Shown: positions 37,756-47,987, counted from the first letter of the stretch. The stretch: 60,061 nucleotides of DNA from Candidatus Omnitrophota bacterium (GCA_016783605.1 JADHWG010000004.1:1-60061); one strand, 5' to 3'. Notes: a model not told the origin generated them from the letters alone. A program made the numbers and translations.

Positions 37756-38814
37756 ATGAGTATCTTGGTGAATAATAAAGAGTATAGACAGTGGCTTTTA
37801 AAGCTGAAGAGTAAAATCCAAAAGGCTCAAATCAAAGCCGCTGTTAAAGTGAATACAGAACTTTTATTGCTTTATTGGGAAATAGGTGCGGATATAGCTC
37901 AAAAGCAAAAAAATGCCAAATGGGGAACAGGATTTGTTGATCAATTGAGCAAAGATTTAGTGCGAGAATTCCCAGATATGAAGGGATTTTCCCGAACGAA
38001 TCTTTTGTACATACGTAAATGGTATTTGTTTTATTCAAAAGGGATTGAAAAAGTCCCACAAGTTGTGGGACAAATAGAACGTTCTCAAATTAAAGATATT
38101 TTTTACATTCCATGGGGGCAAAATAGGGAAATTATTACCAAGTGTAAAACTACAGACGAGGCTCTTTTTTATGTACAAAAAACCATTCAACATAATTGGA
38201 GCCGTAATGTCCTTGTACATCAGATAGAAAGCGGTCTTTTTGAGAGAGAAGGAACATCTGTCAATAATTTCACCTTAACTCTCCCCAAACCGCAGTCTGA
38301 CCTTGCGAAACAAACTCTTAAAGATCCTTATGTGTTTGATTTTTTAAGTATGACCGAAGATTATCATGAAAAAGAACTGGAAAATGTTCTTGTTGAGCAC
38401 ATAACGAAATTTTTATTAGAGTTGGGTGCGGGGTTTGCTTATGTTGGGCGGCAGATTCGATTAGAAGTTGGCGAAGGTGAGTTTTTTGTTGATCTGTTGT
38501 TTTATCACGTAAAACTACATTGTTATGTTGTGGTGGAATTAAAGACCGGTAAGTTTGAGCCGGAACATGCGGGGAAATTAAATTTTTATGTAACAGCCGT
38601 AGATCGTCAATTAAGGTCAGTATCAGATCAGCCGACTATTGGCATTCTTATTTGTAAAACAAAAGATAAAATCGTGGCAGAATATGCGTTAAGCGACATT
38701 AAAAAACCGATAGGAGTTTCACAGTATCAATTAACAAAAGCATTACCCAAAAAGTTTAAATCCAGTTTGCCGTCAATTAAAGAAATTGAGGCGGAATTGA
38801 GTGATAAGAAATAA
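37756..38814 (+). CDS. YhcG/DUF1016 PD-(D/E)xK nuclease-domain protein
   Basis: AAVKVNTELLLLYWEIG, GFSRTNL, KDPYVFDFL, FLLELGAGFAYVGRQ, DLLFYH, VVELK. Confidence 0.92.
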   Translation: MSILVNNKEYRQWLLKLKSKIQKAQIKAAVKVNTELLLLYWEIGADIAQKQKNAKWGTGFVDQLSKDLVREFPDMKGFSRTNLLYIRKWYLFYSKGIEKVPQVVGQIERSQIKDIFYIPWGQNREIITKCKTTDEALFYVQKTIQHNWSRNVLVHQIESGLFEREGTSVNNFTLTLPKPQSDLAKQTLKDPYVFDFLSMTEDYHEKELENVLVEHITKFLLELGAGFAYVGRQIRLEVGEGEFFVDLLFYHVKLHCYVVVELKTGKFEPEHAGKLNFYVTAVDRQLRSVSDQPTIGILICKTKDKIVAEYALSDIKKPIGVSQYQLTKALPKKFKSSLPSIKEIEAELSDKK

Positions 38815-38950
38815 CCTTGTTTGTCTTTTGAAGAGAGGAAAATTGTTTTAAAATTGGGCGATCTACCGGCAACCTCGTAGGATAGTGGTGTGGGGACGCG
38901 CTCCTAACCTGCGAGGATGCCGGTGGGGAGTCGATGAAAGTGGATAACAG

Positions 38951-39994
38951 ATGAAACGAATACTTATTTTTGAATTGAATTGGCTGGGGGATATACTTTT
39001 TTCTTTTCCGTTTATTCGGGAGGTGAGGAGGGCGTTTCCTTCGGCGCGTATCGCGGTGGCGGTTGTGTCTCGGTATCGGGGGCTTTTTGCGGGGAATGCG
39101 TGTGTTGATAAGGTGCATGTGCTTTCGGACTCGCGCGGCGCGGGGGCTTTTTTGGAGAAGGTGAGATTTGCGCGGGAAATTGCCGGGGAGAAATATGATG
39201 CTTGTTTTTTTCTGAAACCTTCTGTTTCTAAGGGGGTTATGGCGTTTTGCGCGGGGGTTCGTTCGCGTATTGGGTTTGGCGGGAAGCGGATGTTTTTGAC
39301 CGAATATGTGAAGGCGCCTTCGGAAAACGTGCATAGGGCTCGGCGGTTGTTGGCGTTGGCTGGGGGGTTTGGCGGCGCGGTTGGGGATGATACGTATGAA
39401 TATGTTGTGCCGGCGGAAGATCCGGGAAAAGTTGATAAGTTGGTTCATTCTGCGGCGGAAGGCGGCTGGCGAGTTATTGCGTTTAATCCGGGAGGAAATT
39501 GGGGGGCTAAAAGGTGGCCGGTGGAGAATTTTATTTGTTTGGCGAAGGGTGTTCTCGAAAAATTCAGCGGTGTTGAAATTGTTGTTACCGGCGCGAAAAA
39601 GGATGTGGGACTTGCGGAAAAAATAGTTTCGGGGGTTGGAAGTGAGAGGTGTTATTCTGTCGCGGAAAAAACGGATTTGAGGGTTCTGGCGGCGTTGTAT
39701 AAAAGGTGCGCGCTTTTGGTTAGCGCGGATTCGGGACCGATTCATTTGGCTTCGGCGGTGGGGACGACTACGATCGGTATTTTTGGGCCTACGGATCCGG
39801 AGGTTACCGGGCCGAGAGGGGTGGGGAAAAGTGTTATTGTGCGAGAGAGAGTTGATTGTAAAATTCCTTGTTATGAAGAGGTGTGCGGGGAAGATTATGT
39901 GTGTATGAGAGATGTGACTGTCGGGAAAGTTTTTAAAGCGGTTTGTGCAGAATTGGGTGGTGGGAATAGAGATCCCGGGTCAAGCCCGGGATGA
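38951..39994 (+). CDS. GT9 LPS heptosyltransferase (WaaF-like)
   Basis: NWLGD, KRWP, DSGPIHLASA, FGPT. Confidence 0.88.
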   Translation: MKRILIFELNWLGDILFSFPFIREVRRAFPSARIAVAVVSRYRGLFAGNACVDKVHVLSDSRGAGAFLEKVRFAREIAGEKYDACFFLKPSVSKGVMAFCAGVRSRIGFGGKRMFLTEYVKAPSENVHRARRLLALAGGFGGAVGDDTYEYVVPAEDPGKVDKLVHSAAEGGWRVIAFNPGGNWGAKRWPVENFICLAKGVLEKFSGVEIVVTGAKKDVGLAEKIVSGVGSERCYSVAEKTDLRVLAALYKRCALLVSADSGPIHLASAVGTTTIGIFGPTDPEVTGPRGVGKSVIVRERVDCKIPCYEEVCGEDYVCMRDVTVGKVFKAVCAELGGGNRDPGSSPG

Positions 39995-40258
39995 CAAATG
40001 TGTGGCGGGGATGACAGAGTTGGGAAGCGGGAAAGACGCTCCCTTTTGTCATCCTCGCGGATGCGGGGATCTCTTGGGATGTATAATGTGTTAGGTTTTT
40101 TTATTTTTATATTATGGATTCCCGCGTTCGCGGGAATGACGGGGTTTGGATTCCCGCGTTCGTAGGATGGTAGCAAAGAGCGCTACCAACCTACGAGGAT
40201 GATGGTAAAGAGCGCTACCGACCTACGTGGATGGTGGTGAGGTGCGGGGTGTGATATT

Positions 40259-41272
40259 ATGAAAATAGATGAGAAAAAAGTTAAGTCTATATTGTTTGTA
40301 ACTTTGAATAATCTGGGGGATATTATTTTGACTACTCCGGTGTTTTTGGAGCTTTGTCGGAATTTTCCGGGGGCGGTTATTGATGTTATGACAGGAAGTG
40401 CGGGAGAGGAGATATTTGTTTCGCATCGGGCTGTTCGGCGGGTTGATAAACACAGGAGGCGTCTTTCGGTTCTTCAAAGGATTCCTGTGGTGCGGGCTCT
40501 TAGAAAAAAGCGGTATGATCTTGTTATTGATCTAAAGAATTCTCTTTTGCCGAATTTGATCGGGGCGCGGTATCATAGGAGTTTGATGAGTTTAATTTTG
40601 GAGCCGGTTAAGCGGAAAATTCGGCGTCATAAAAAAGAAGAACATTTAGCGCGGTTGGCGGATTTGGGGATAGAGGCGTCCGTTCCTTCCGATTTTTATA
40701 TTCCGGAGGCGGAAGAAAATAAAAAATATATTTGCGAAGTTATGGGTTCACGCGGGAAAGCCGTTATTTTGAACCCGGGGTCGAAAAGTCATCTTAAGAG
40801 GTGGCCGGCGGAAAAATTTGCTGAGCTTGGGGATAGATTAAGTTCGGAGTTGGGTTGTGGGATATTTCTTATTGGGAACGAAGCGGATAAAGAAGTTGTT
40901 GAAAGGGTAAAGCGCGGGATGAAGTCTCCTTTTGTGGATCTATGTTGTCGGACGTCGGTGTCTTGTCTTTATTCGGTTATGAAGAGGAGTGTTCTTGTTG
41001 TTACGGGGGACAGTGCGCCGCTTCATGTCGCGAGTGCCGTCGGTGTCCCGGCGGTCGCGATCTTTGCTTCGACGGATGAAGTTAGGTATGGGCCGTTATC
41101 GGCGGGGAGTGAGGTTGTGGTTCCGGCGGTTGAGTGCAGGCCTTGTAATTTAGCGAATTGCGCTTTGGGGCGTGAAAATGGGTGTATTACGGATATAGGA
41201 ACGGAAGAAGTTTATAGCGTGGCGAAGGAAATTTTGGAGTTTATCGCACCACCAACCAGCGTAGGTTATTAG
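40259..41272 (+). CDS. GT9 LPS heptosyltransferase-family protein
   Basis: NNLGDIILTTP, KRWP, DSAPLHVASA. Confidence 0.88.
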   Translation: MKIDEKKVKSILFVTLNNLGDIILTTPVFLELCRNFPGAVIDVMTGSAGEEIFVSHRAVRRVDKHRRRLSVLQRIPVVRALRKKRYDLVIDLKNSLLPNLIGARYHRSLMSLILEPVKRKIRRHKKEEHLARLADLGIEASVPSDFYIPEAEENKKYICEVMGSRGKAVILNPGSKSHLKRWPAEKFAELGDRLSSELGCGIFLIGNEADKEVVERVKRGMKSPFVDLCCRTSVSCLYSVMKRSVLVVTGDSAPLHVASAVGVPAVAIFASTDEVRYGPLSAGSEVVVPAVECRPCNLANCALGRENGCITDIGTEEVYSVAKEILEFIAPPTSVGY

Positions 41273-41341
41273 GGCACGGCATGCCGTGCCCCTACGGTAC
41301 GCGAAGTTGCCGGTGGGGGAAGAAAGAATGGGAGTGGTATT

Positions 41342-41872
41342 TTGGGCAGGATTATTATTAAGCTGGGGGATATTACCGATGAGGACGTGGAAGTGGTTGT
41401 GAACGCGGCGAATGTGGGGCTTCGCGGGGGCGGTGGTGTGGATGGGGCTATTCATCGCGCGGGAGGTGTTTCCATTATGGAGGAATGCGGGCAGATTGGC
41501 GGGTGTAAAACAGGTGAAGCTGTGATTACGAACGCGGGGCGATTAAAAGCTAAAAAGGTGATCCATACTCCGGGACCGGTTTGGAAAGGCGGGGGAAAAG
41601 GGGAAGCGGAGTTTTTGAGAAGTTGTTATCGGAATTCTTTTCGTCTTGCGAAAGAAAACGCGTTGAGAACAATAGCGTTTCCGGCGATAAGCGCGGGGGT
41701 ATATGGGTATCCGATCTTTGAGGCCGCGAAGATCGCTTTGGAAGAAGGGATTCGTTGTAAGGGTGATTTTGATGAGGTGAGATTCGTATGTTTTTCGGAA
41801 GAAGGTTATCGGGTTTATTTGGGAGTGTATGAAAGAATGACAAATGACAAAGCACAAATGACAAGAGAATGA
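41342..41872 (+). CDS. Macrodomain O-acetyl-ADP-ribose deacetylase (YmdB-like)
   Basis: GDIT, VNAAN, GGGGVDGAIH, AFPAISAGVYGYP. Confidence 0.93.
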   Translation: MGRIIIKLGDITDEDVEVVVNAANVGLRGGGGVDGAIHRAGGVSIMEECGQIGGCKTGEAVITNAGRLKAKKVIHTPGPVWKGGGKGEAEFLRSCYRNSFRLAKENALRTIAFPAISAGVYGYPIFEAAKIALEEGIRCKGDFDEVRFVCFSEEGYRVYLGVYERMTNDKAQMTRE

Positions 41873-42002
41873 CAAATGACAAAATTCAAAATAACGAGGG
41901 ACAAGCTGATGCCCCGCCACCAACCTCGTAGGATAGTGGTGTGAGGGGCCACCACTAACCTACGAGGATGGTGGCGGGGCAGGTTGTAAATGGAGTTAAG
42001 AT

Positions 42003-43076
42003 ATGGAATATAAACGAATATTGATAACTCGGACGGATCGGTTGGGGGATGTGGTGCTTTCCACTCCGATTATTCGGTTTATGCGGAAGATGTATCCTTC
42101 GGCTTATATCGCTTTTATGGTGAGGCCGGAAAATCGTGATGTTGTGGAGAATAATCCGCATTTGGATGAAGTTATAGTTTATGACAAATACGGGTTGGAA
42201 AAAAGTTTTTGGAAAACTTTTTTGTTTGCTTTAAAACTTCGGAAAAAGAAGTTTGATGTGGGAATCGCTTTACATCCGACGAATCGAACGCATATTATTT
42301 TGTTTCTGGTCGGGATTCCCTCGAGAATCGGGTATGACAGGAAGATGCCGCGGCTTCTCACGCGGGCGATAGCGCATGAAAAAGAGAAGGGCGAAAAGCA
42401 TGAGATCGATTATAATTTTGATCTTTTGACACAGGCCGGGTTTAATACTGAGCGTGCCGATAGGCGTCCGTATATTGTAACTTCCGATGATGATAAAAAA
42501 TTGGTGCGGGTGATAAAGAAAGAGTTTGGTATTGGCGAGAATGTAATTGCTTTTCATATTGGCGCGAGTTGTCCGTCAAAGAGGTGGGCTCCGGAGAAGT
42601 TTGCTTATGTCGCGGATAAATTGGCGGAAAAATATCGAGCGGATATTGTTTTGATTGGCGCGGAAGAGACCGGTAAGTTCGCGGATGAGATGATAGCGAA
42701 AATGAAAACAAGACCTATCAGTTTGATAGGCGCTTTGCTTATAGGGGAACTCGCGGAGTTTCTCGCCGGGTGTCGGGTGTTTATTTCGAATGATTCCGGG
42801 CCTGTGCATGTCGCGGTGGCGGTAAAAACGTCCACTATAGTTATTTTTGGGCGTAGTGACCCGGGACTTTCTCCCAAAAGGTGGGCTCCGGCGGGGGAGA
42901 AGGATATTGTGCTTCATCGAGACGCGGGGTGCGGGAGGTGTTTGGCGCATAATTGTGAGAAGGATTTCGCGTGTTTGAAGGCGGTTACGGCGGAGGAAGT
43001 GTTGGAAGGGGTTGAGAGGGTGTTGGGGGGATTTTATTCTAGAAGAAAGGGCAGACATGGAAATTGTTTTGGATGA
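42003..43076 (+). CDS. GT9 LPS heptosyltransferase-family protein
   Basis: RTDRLGDVVLSTP, KRW, NDSGPVHVA. Confidence 0.88.
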   Translation: MEYKRILITRTDRLGDVVLSTPIIRFMRKMYPSAYIAFMVRPENRDVVENNPHLDEVIVYDKYGLEKSFWKTFLFALKLRKKKFDVGIALHPTNRTHIILFLVGIPSRIGYDRKMPRLLTRAIAHEKEKGEKHEIDYNFDLLTQAGFNTERADRRPYIVTSDDDKKLVRVIKKEFGIGENVIAFHIGASCPSKRWAPEKFAYVADKLAEKYRADIVLIGAEETGKFADEMIAKMKTRPISLIGALLIGELAEFLAGCRVFISNDSGPVHVAVAVKTSTIVIFGRSDPGLSPKRWAPAGEKDIVLHRDAGCGRCLAHNCEKDFACLKAVTAEEVLEGVERVLGGFYSRRKGRHGNCFG

Positions 43077-43374
43077 TGGGAATTTTGGTTCTATAGTGTT
43101 GGAATCTTCCGGGGCGGTTATGGTGGATTTTTGGGCCGAATGGTGCGGGCCGTGCAAAATGTTGGCTCCGGTCATAGGGGAAATAGCTAAGGAATATGAG
43201 GGGAAAGTGAAGGTTTGTAAGCTGGATGTTGAAAAAGGGCCGGAAACGGCTAAGAAATATGGAGTTATGAATATTCCGACGGTAATATTCTTTAAGGATG
43301 GAGAAGTTGTGGACAAAATCGTGGGTCTCGCGGCCAAAAACGATATTATATCAAAGATAAACAGGTACATTTGA
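43057..43374 (+). CDS. trxA: Thioredoxin
   Basis: VDFWAEWCGPCK, IPT. Confidence 0.95.
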   Translation: MEIVLDDGNFGSIVLESSGAVMVDFWAEWCGPCKMLAPVIGEIAKEYEGKVKVCKLDVEKGPETAKKYGVMNIPTVIFFKDGEVVDKIVGLAAKNDIISKINRYI

Positions 43375-43400
43375 CATTCTTTGGAAGAACGTGCTAAAAT
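43371..43400 (+). promoter_or_regulatory. Candidate sigma70 promoter of the hldA-kds operon
   Basis: TTGACA-18-TAAAAT with extended -10 TG. Confidence 0.55.
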
Positions 43401-43610
43401 ACCTGCTCACAATAGGTTATGAATTTAAAGCGGGTGCGGTAAGTTGGTGTTGGAGGTAGTATACCACCAACCTCGTAGGATAGTGGTGTCGGAGCCACCA
43501 CTAACCTACGAGGATGGTGGTCTCGAGAGTGGTGTGGGGAGTTTTGCGATATACGACATGCGACATACGACATACGATATATGTGTTTTTATTAACTAAA
43601 ACCGGAGGGT

Positions 43611-44615
43611 TTGGGAGTGAAAAGATATAGATTTTCGGCTATAAAGAACACGGTTAAGAAGTTTCGGGGGAAAAGGGTTCTGGTGATAGGGGATCTTTTG
43701 CTCGATCAGTTTCTTTGGGGGGATGTTTCCAGGATCTCTCCTGAGGCGCCTGTTCCGGTGGTGTGGGTTAAGCGTGACGGGTTTATGCCGGGCGGGGCGT
43801 GTAATGTCGCGAATAATCTCGCGGATCTGGGAGCGCGAGTTTCTATTGTTGGAATTGTTGGGGGAGATGAAAAGGGCGGTATTTTAAAATCTTTACTTGA
43901 AGAACGGGGAGTTTGTACCCGAGGAATTATTTCGGATGAGAGTCGTCCCACTATTTTAAAGACTCGCGTTATCGCGCATCACCAGCAGGTTGTTCGCATC
44001 GACAGGGAAGACACCTCTCACGTCACGGGTAAGCAGTTGCAAAAAATAAAAAAATATGTTTCCGAGAACATTGAAGATTTTGACGCGGTTATAATTGAGG
44101 ATTATGGTAAGGGAGTTATTACGCCGAGCCTTTTAAAAATAGTTGTTCCGCTGGCGAAGCGTTATAAGAAAATAGTCGCGGTCGATCCGAAAGAAAATCA
44201 TTTTTCGTACTATAAGGGAGCTACGGTTTTAACCCCTAATCATCATGAGGCCGCCAAGGCAGTGGGGTTTAAGCTTGACGATGAAACAGCTTTTGAAAAA
44301 GCCGGCGTGAAGTTAATAAAAAAACTGAACGCGGAAGTCATACTTATAACGCTCGGAGAGAAAGGCATGATGGTTTGCCAACGAGGGAAGAAGCCTTGCA
44401 GAATTCCCACTCTCGCTCAGGAAGTGTTTGATGTTTCCGGTGCGGGTGACACTGTGATATCGACATATGTGCTCTCGGTCATTAGTGGAGCCTCTCCCGT
44501 TTTGGCGGCTCATATGTCAAATTGCGCGGCGGGAATCGTTGTTGGAAAGGTTGGGGTTGCCGCAGTAAGTACCGCGGAATTACTTGATAAATTAAAAAAA
44601 GAAACAAGTGTTTAA
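43611..44615 (+). CDS. hldA: D-glycero-beta-D-manno-heptose-7-phosphate kinase (RfaE domain I)
   Basis: RISPEAPVPV, GGACNVA, DYGKG, DVSGAGDTV. Confidence 0.92.
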   Translation: MGVKRYRFSAIKNTVKKFRGKRVLVIGDLLLDQFLWGDVSRISPEAPVPVVWVKRDGFMPGGACNVANNLADLGARVSIVGIVGGDEKGGILKSLLEERGVCTRGIISDESRPTILKTRVIAHHQQVVRIDREDTSHVTGKQLQKIKKYVSENIEDFDAVIIEDYGKGVITPSLLKIVVPLAKRYKKIVAVDPKENHFSYYKGATVLTPNHHEAAKAVGFKLDDETAFEKAGVKLIKKLNAEVILITLGEKGMMVCQRGKKPCRIPTLAQEVFDVSGAGDTVISTYVLSVISGASPVLAAHMSNCAAGIVVGKVGVAAVSTAELLDKLKKETSV

Positions 44616-44661
44616 TCCCGAACGGTAAAATTTTGGGCATAACGGAAGGGAGGGGGTCATA

Positions 44662-45474
44662 ATGAGAACTGTAGCTGTAATACCCGCAAGGTGGCAATCT
44701 ACCAGGTTGAAGGGGAAAGTTCTTGCCGATATAGCCGGAAAGCCGATGGTTCAGCATGTTTGGGAAAGGGTTAATGAGGCGCGAGGAATAGATGAAGTGA
44801 TAGTCGCGGTGGACAAAGGAAAGGTGCTTAGAGCGGTTAACGCTTTCGGAGGGAAAGCGGTTATGACGGACCCGAAGCATTCTTCCGGTACGGATAGGAT
44901 CGCGGAAGTCGCGCGTTCCGTTCCGGCGGATATTTTTGTTAATGTTCAAGCGGATGAACCGTTGATAGATCCTATCATGATAGATGAGCTGGTAAGCGTG
45001 TTTGAATATGAGCGCAATATCAATATGGGAACGTTGATCAAGCGAATTGACTCTGAAGAAGAAATTAATGATCCCAATGTGGTAAAAGTTGTGGTGGACA
45101 GAAAAGGGTTCGCGATATACTTTTCTCGAGCTCCGATACCCCATATGGATCGGTTTGAGGAGCGAATGGATGGCTGGGAAATTCATAAAACGGAAAACGA
45201 AGACGGGGGATATTTTAAACATATCGGATTATATGCCTATACTAAGGATTTTTTGTTTACATATACGAACCTTCCGAAATCCGCGTTGGAAATGGAAGAA
45301 AAATTGGAACAGCTGAGAGTTCTTGAACACGGATACAAAATAAAAACTGTAGAAACAAGATATGATTCTATCGGAGTTGATTCAGAGAAAGATCTTGATG
45401 AAGTGAGGAATATTTTAAACAAACAAAAACCGCCTTGCGGAGCGGAATGTAACGCCGGAGACGGACACATATGA
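44662..45474 (+). CDS. kdsB: CMP-Kdo synthetase
   Basis: IPARWQSTRLKGK, SGTDR, HIGLYAY, LEQLRVLE. Confidence 0.95.
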   Translation: MRTVAVIPARWQSTRLKGKVLADIAGKPMVQHVWERVNEARGIDEVIVAVDKGKVLRAVNAFGGKAVMTDPKHSSGTDRIAEVARSVPADIFVNVQADEPLIDPIMIDELVSVFEYERNINMGTLIKRIDSEEEINDPNVVKVVVDRKGFAIYFSRAPIPHMDRFEERMDGWEIHKTENEDGGYFKHIGLYAYTKDFLFTYTNLPKSALEMEEKLEQLRVLEHGYKIKTVETRYDSIGVDSEKDLDEVRNILNKQKPPCGAECNAGDGHI

Positions 45475-46289
45475 ATAAAATAACTGTCAAAACGGGCACC
45501 GTTTGCATCGGGAATGAAAGTCCTCTGGTTCTTATCGCGGGACCGTGTGTGATCGAATCTGCCCAAAGCGCCGAATGTCACGCGGAGGAAATAAAAAAGA
45601 TCACGGAAAAATTGAACGTGCCGTTTATCTTTAAATCAAGCTATGACAAGGCTAACAGAAGTTCGGTAAATTCTTTTCGAGGGCCGGGAATTAAAAGAGG
45701 TCTAAAAATTTTGGGAACCGTTAGGGATAAATTCAATATTCCGGTATTAAGCGATGTTCATTGTGTCTCGGAAGTTGAGCCGGCGGCGGAAGTGTTGGAT
45801 ATTATTCAAATCCCGGCTTTTTTGTGCCGTCAGACGGATTTGATAGTGAAAGCCGCCAAAACCGGTAAAACGGTCAATGTGAAAAAGGGACAGTTCATGT
45901 CGCCGTATGAGATGAAAAATGTTGTTGAAAAAATAGAGTCCGCGGGAAACAAAAATATTCTTCTTACGGAGCGAGGAACTTCGTTCGGGTATAACACGCT
46001 TGTGAATGATTTTCGTTCGCTTGTTATGCTGGAGGAAATGGGGTATCCGGTGGTGTATGACGCGACGCATTCGGTTCAAGCCCCCGGCGGAAACGGCACT
46101 TCATCAGGCGGCGATTCGAAATATGTTTTGCCGCTTTCACGCGCCGCGGTGGCTGTGGGGTGTGACGCGTTATTTGTTGAAGTGCATATGGATCCGGTGT
46201 CAGCTATGAGTGACGGCGCGAATATGCTTAAACTCGAAGATCTTGAAGGATTTTTGATACAAATTAAAAAAGTACGAGAGGCGATATAA
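45471..46289 (+). CDS. kdsA: Kdo-8-phosphate synthase
   Basis: AGPCVIE, DKANRSS, QIPAFLCRQTDL, DATHSVQ. Confidence 0.96.
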   Translation: MNKITVKTGTVCIGNESPLVLIAGPCVIESAQSAECHAEEIKKITEKLNVPFIFKSSYDKANRSSVNSFRGPGIKRGLKILGTVRDKFNIPVLSDVHCVSEVEPAAEVLDIIQIPAFLCRQTDLIVKAAKTGKTVNVKKGQFMSPYEMKNVVEKIESAGNKNILLTERGTSFGYNTLVNDFRSLVMLEEMGYPVVYDATHSVQAPGGNGTSSGGDSKYVLPLSRAAVAVGCDALFVEVHMDPVSAMSDGANMLKLEDLEGFLIQIKKVREAI

Positions 46290-46293
46290 AAAA

Positions 46294-47253
46294 ATGAGTA
46301 TGACAAGAGCAAAAAAAGTGTTGATGAATGAAAGTAAAGCGATCGCGCGGTTGGCCGAAAGATTGGATAACGAGTTTGAAAAAATAATCAAGTTTTTGGT
46401 TAAAACAAAAGGGCGAATTATCGTCACGGGTATGGGAAAGCCCGGGTTTATCGCTCAAAAAGTTTCCGCGACACTTTCTTCGACCGGGACTCCGTCACTT
46501 TATCTTCATCCGGCCGAAGCTTTACATGGAGATCTTGGACGGGTTATCTCCGGAGACGTGGTTATCGCGTTTTCGAATAGCGGCGAGACTGAAGAAATTG
46601 TAAGGCTTATTCCCATTTTAAAAAAGATCGGCGCGGTGCTTATTTCCGTGACGGGTAATAAAAAATCAACACTCGCCGCGAACAGTGATTATGTTATTGA
46701 CAGTTCCGTACAAAAAGAAGCTTGCCCTATGGGGTTGGCTCCGACGACCTCAACGACCGCAATGCTGGCTTTGGGGGACGCTTTGGCGATAGCGCTTCTT
46801 GAGAAAAAAAATATTCAGCCGAAAGATTTTGCTCTGTATCATCCGGGAGGGCTTTTGGGGAAAAGACTGCTTCTTAAGGTAGGGGATATTATGAGGGGCA
46901 AATCAAAAACGCCGATAGTGACCAAAAACACGAAAGTGCGGGATGTGCTTTTAAAGATCACGAAAATGCGTGCGGGATCTGCCAGTGTCGTTAATGATGA
47001 GGGTAAATTGATAGGGATTTTCACCGATGGTGATCTGCGCCGCCATTTTGAAGACGGGCAGGATCTATTGAATTCCAAAGTCGGGAATATTATGACGAAA
47101 TCTCCCGTTACGATCACGCAGGATCAGTTAGCCGCCGAAGCTTTTAAAATTCTTACCGCGAAAAAAATTGATGAAATTCCCGTAGTTGACGGTCAAAAAA
47201 GACCTGTTGGTATTTTGGATGTTCAAGACGTTTTGGAATCGGGATTGGTTTAG
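46294..47253 (+). CDS. kdsD: Arabinose-5-phosphate isomerase (SIS plus CBS)
   Basis: GMGKPG, EALHGDLG, APTTST, HPGG, CBS pair. Confidence 0.94.
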   Translation: MSMTRAKKVLMNESKAIARLAERLDNEFEKIIKFLVKTKGRIIVTGMGKPGFIAQKVSATLSSTGTPSLYLHPAEALHGDLGRVISGDVVIAFSNSGETEEIVRLIPILKKIGAVLISVTGNKKSTLAANSDYVIDSSVQKEACPMGLAPTTSTTAMLALGDALAIALLEKKNIQPKDFALYHPGGLLGKRLLLKVGDIMRGKSKTPIVTKNTKVRDVLLKITKMRAGSASVVNDEGKLIGIFTDGDLRRHFEDGQDLLNSKVGNIMTKSPVTITQDQLAAEAFKILTAKKIDEIPVVDGQKRPVGILDVQDVLESGLV

Positions 47254-47447
47254 TGTACGCGGACTCGCCTTTCTAATTGTCATCCCCGCCTTTCTAATTG
47301 TCATTCCCGCGAAAGCGGGAATCTATTAGGATTGAGATTCCCGCTTTCGCGGGAATGACAAGGGGAAGGCGGGAATGACAACTGGAGAAGCGGGAATGAC
47401 AGATCGCGCGTTTTACGTTTTGAATTTTAACAGTGGGAGTAATGCTT

Positions 47448-47987
47448 ATGCTGAATAAATATTCGCCGGATGTAGTAGAGAAGGCAAAAAAAATAAAATT
47501 GGTCATATTTGATGTTGACGGCGTTCTGACCGACGGCAGGATCATTTGCGATAATTATGGTAATGAGATAAAAAATTTTGACGTGAATGACGGATTCGGC
47601 ATAACTCTTCTTAAGCGTGCCGGGATGAAGTGTGTGATCCTTACGGCGGCCGGCTCGCCGCTTGTTATCAGGCGCGCGAAAGTTCTTAACATTGATAAAG
47701 TTTATCAGAAGTGTCACTATAAGATAGAGGCGTATAAAAAACTGAAGAAAAAATTTAAAGTAAATGACGAAGAAATTTGTTTTATCGGTGATGATCTGAT
47801 TGATATACCGCTATTAAAGAGAGTGGGACTGGCCATATGCCCGCGAAACGCGATGCATGAGGTGAAAGATTTTGCTCATTATGTGTCTGAAAAAAACGGC
47901 GGACGCGGCGCGGTTAGAGAAATTTGCGATCTTATATTGAAAGCCGGAGGAGTCTGGGAAAAGGTAACGTCTCGTTATTTTGAGTGA
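47448..47987 (+). CDS. kdsC: Kdo-8-phosphate phosphatase
   Basis: DVDGVLTDG, GDDLID, GGRGAVRE. Confidence 0.94.
   Translation: MLNKYSPDVVEKAKKIKLVIFDVDGVLTDGRIICDNYGNEIKNFDVNDGFGITLLKRAGMKCVILTAAGSPLVIRRAKVLNIDKVYQKCHYKIEAYKKLKKKFKVNDEEICFIGDDLIDIPLLKRVGLAICPRNAMHEVKDFAHYVSEKNGGRGAVREICDLILKAGGVWEKVTSRYFE

Noticed and set aside
38777-43370. Long minus-strand ORFs (e.g. 38777-39745, 42576-43370)
   Set aside because: Antisense shadows of well-supported genes, favoured by the compositional skew.
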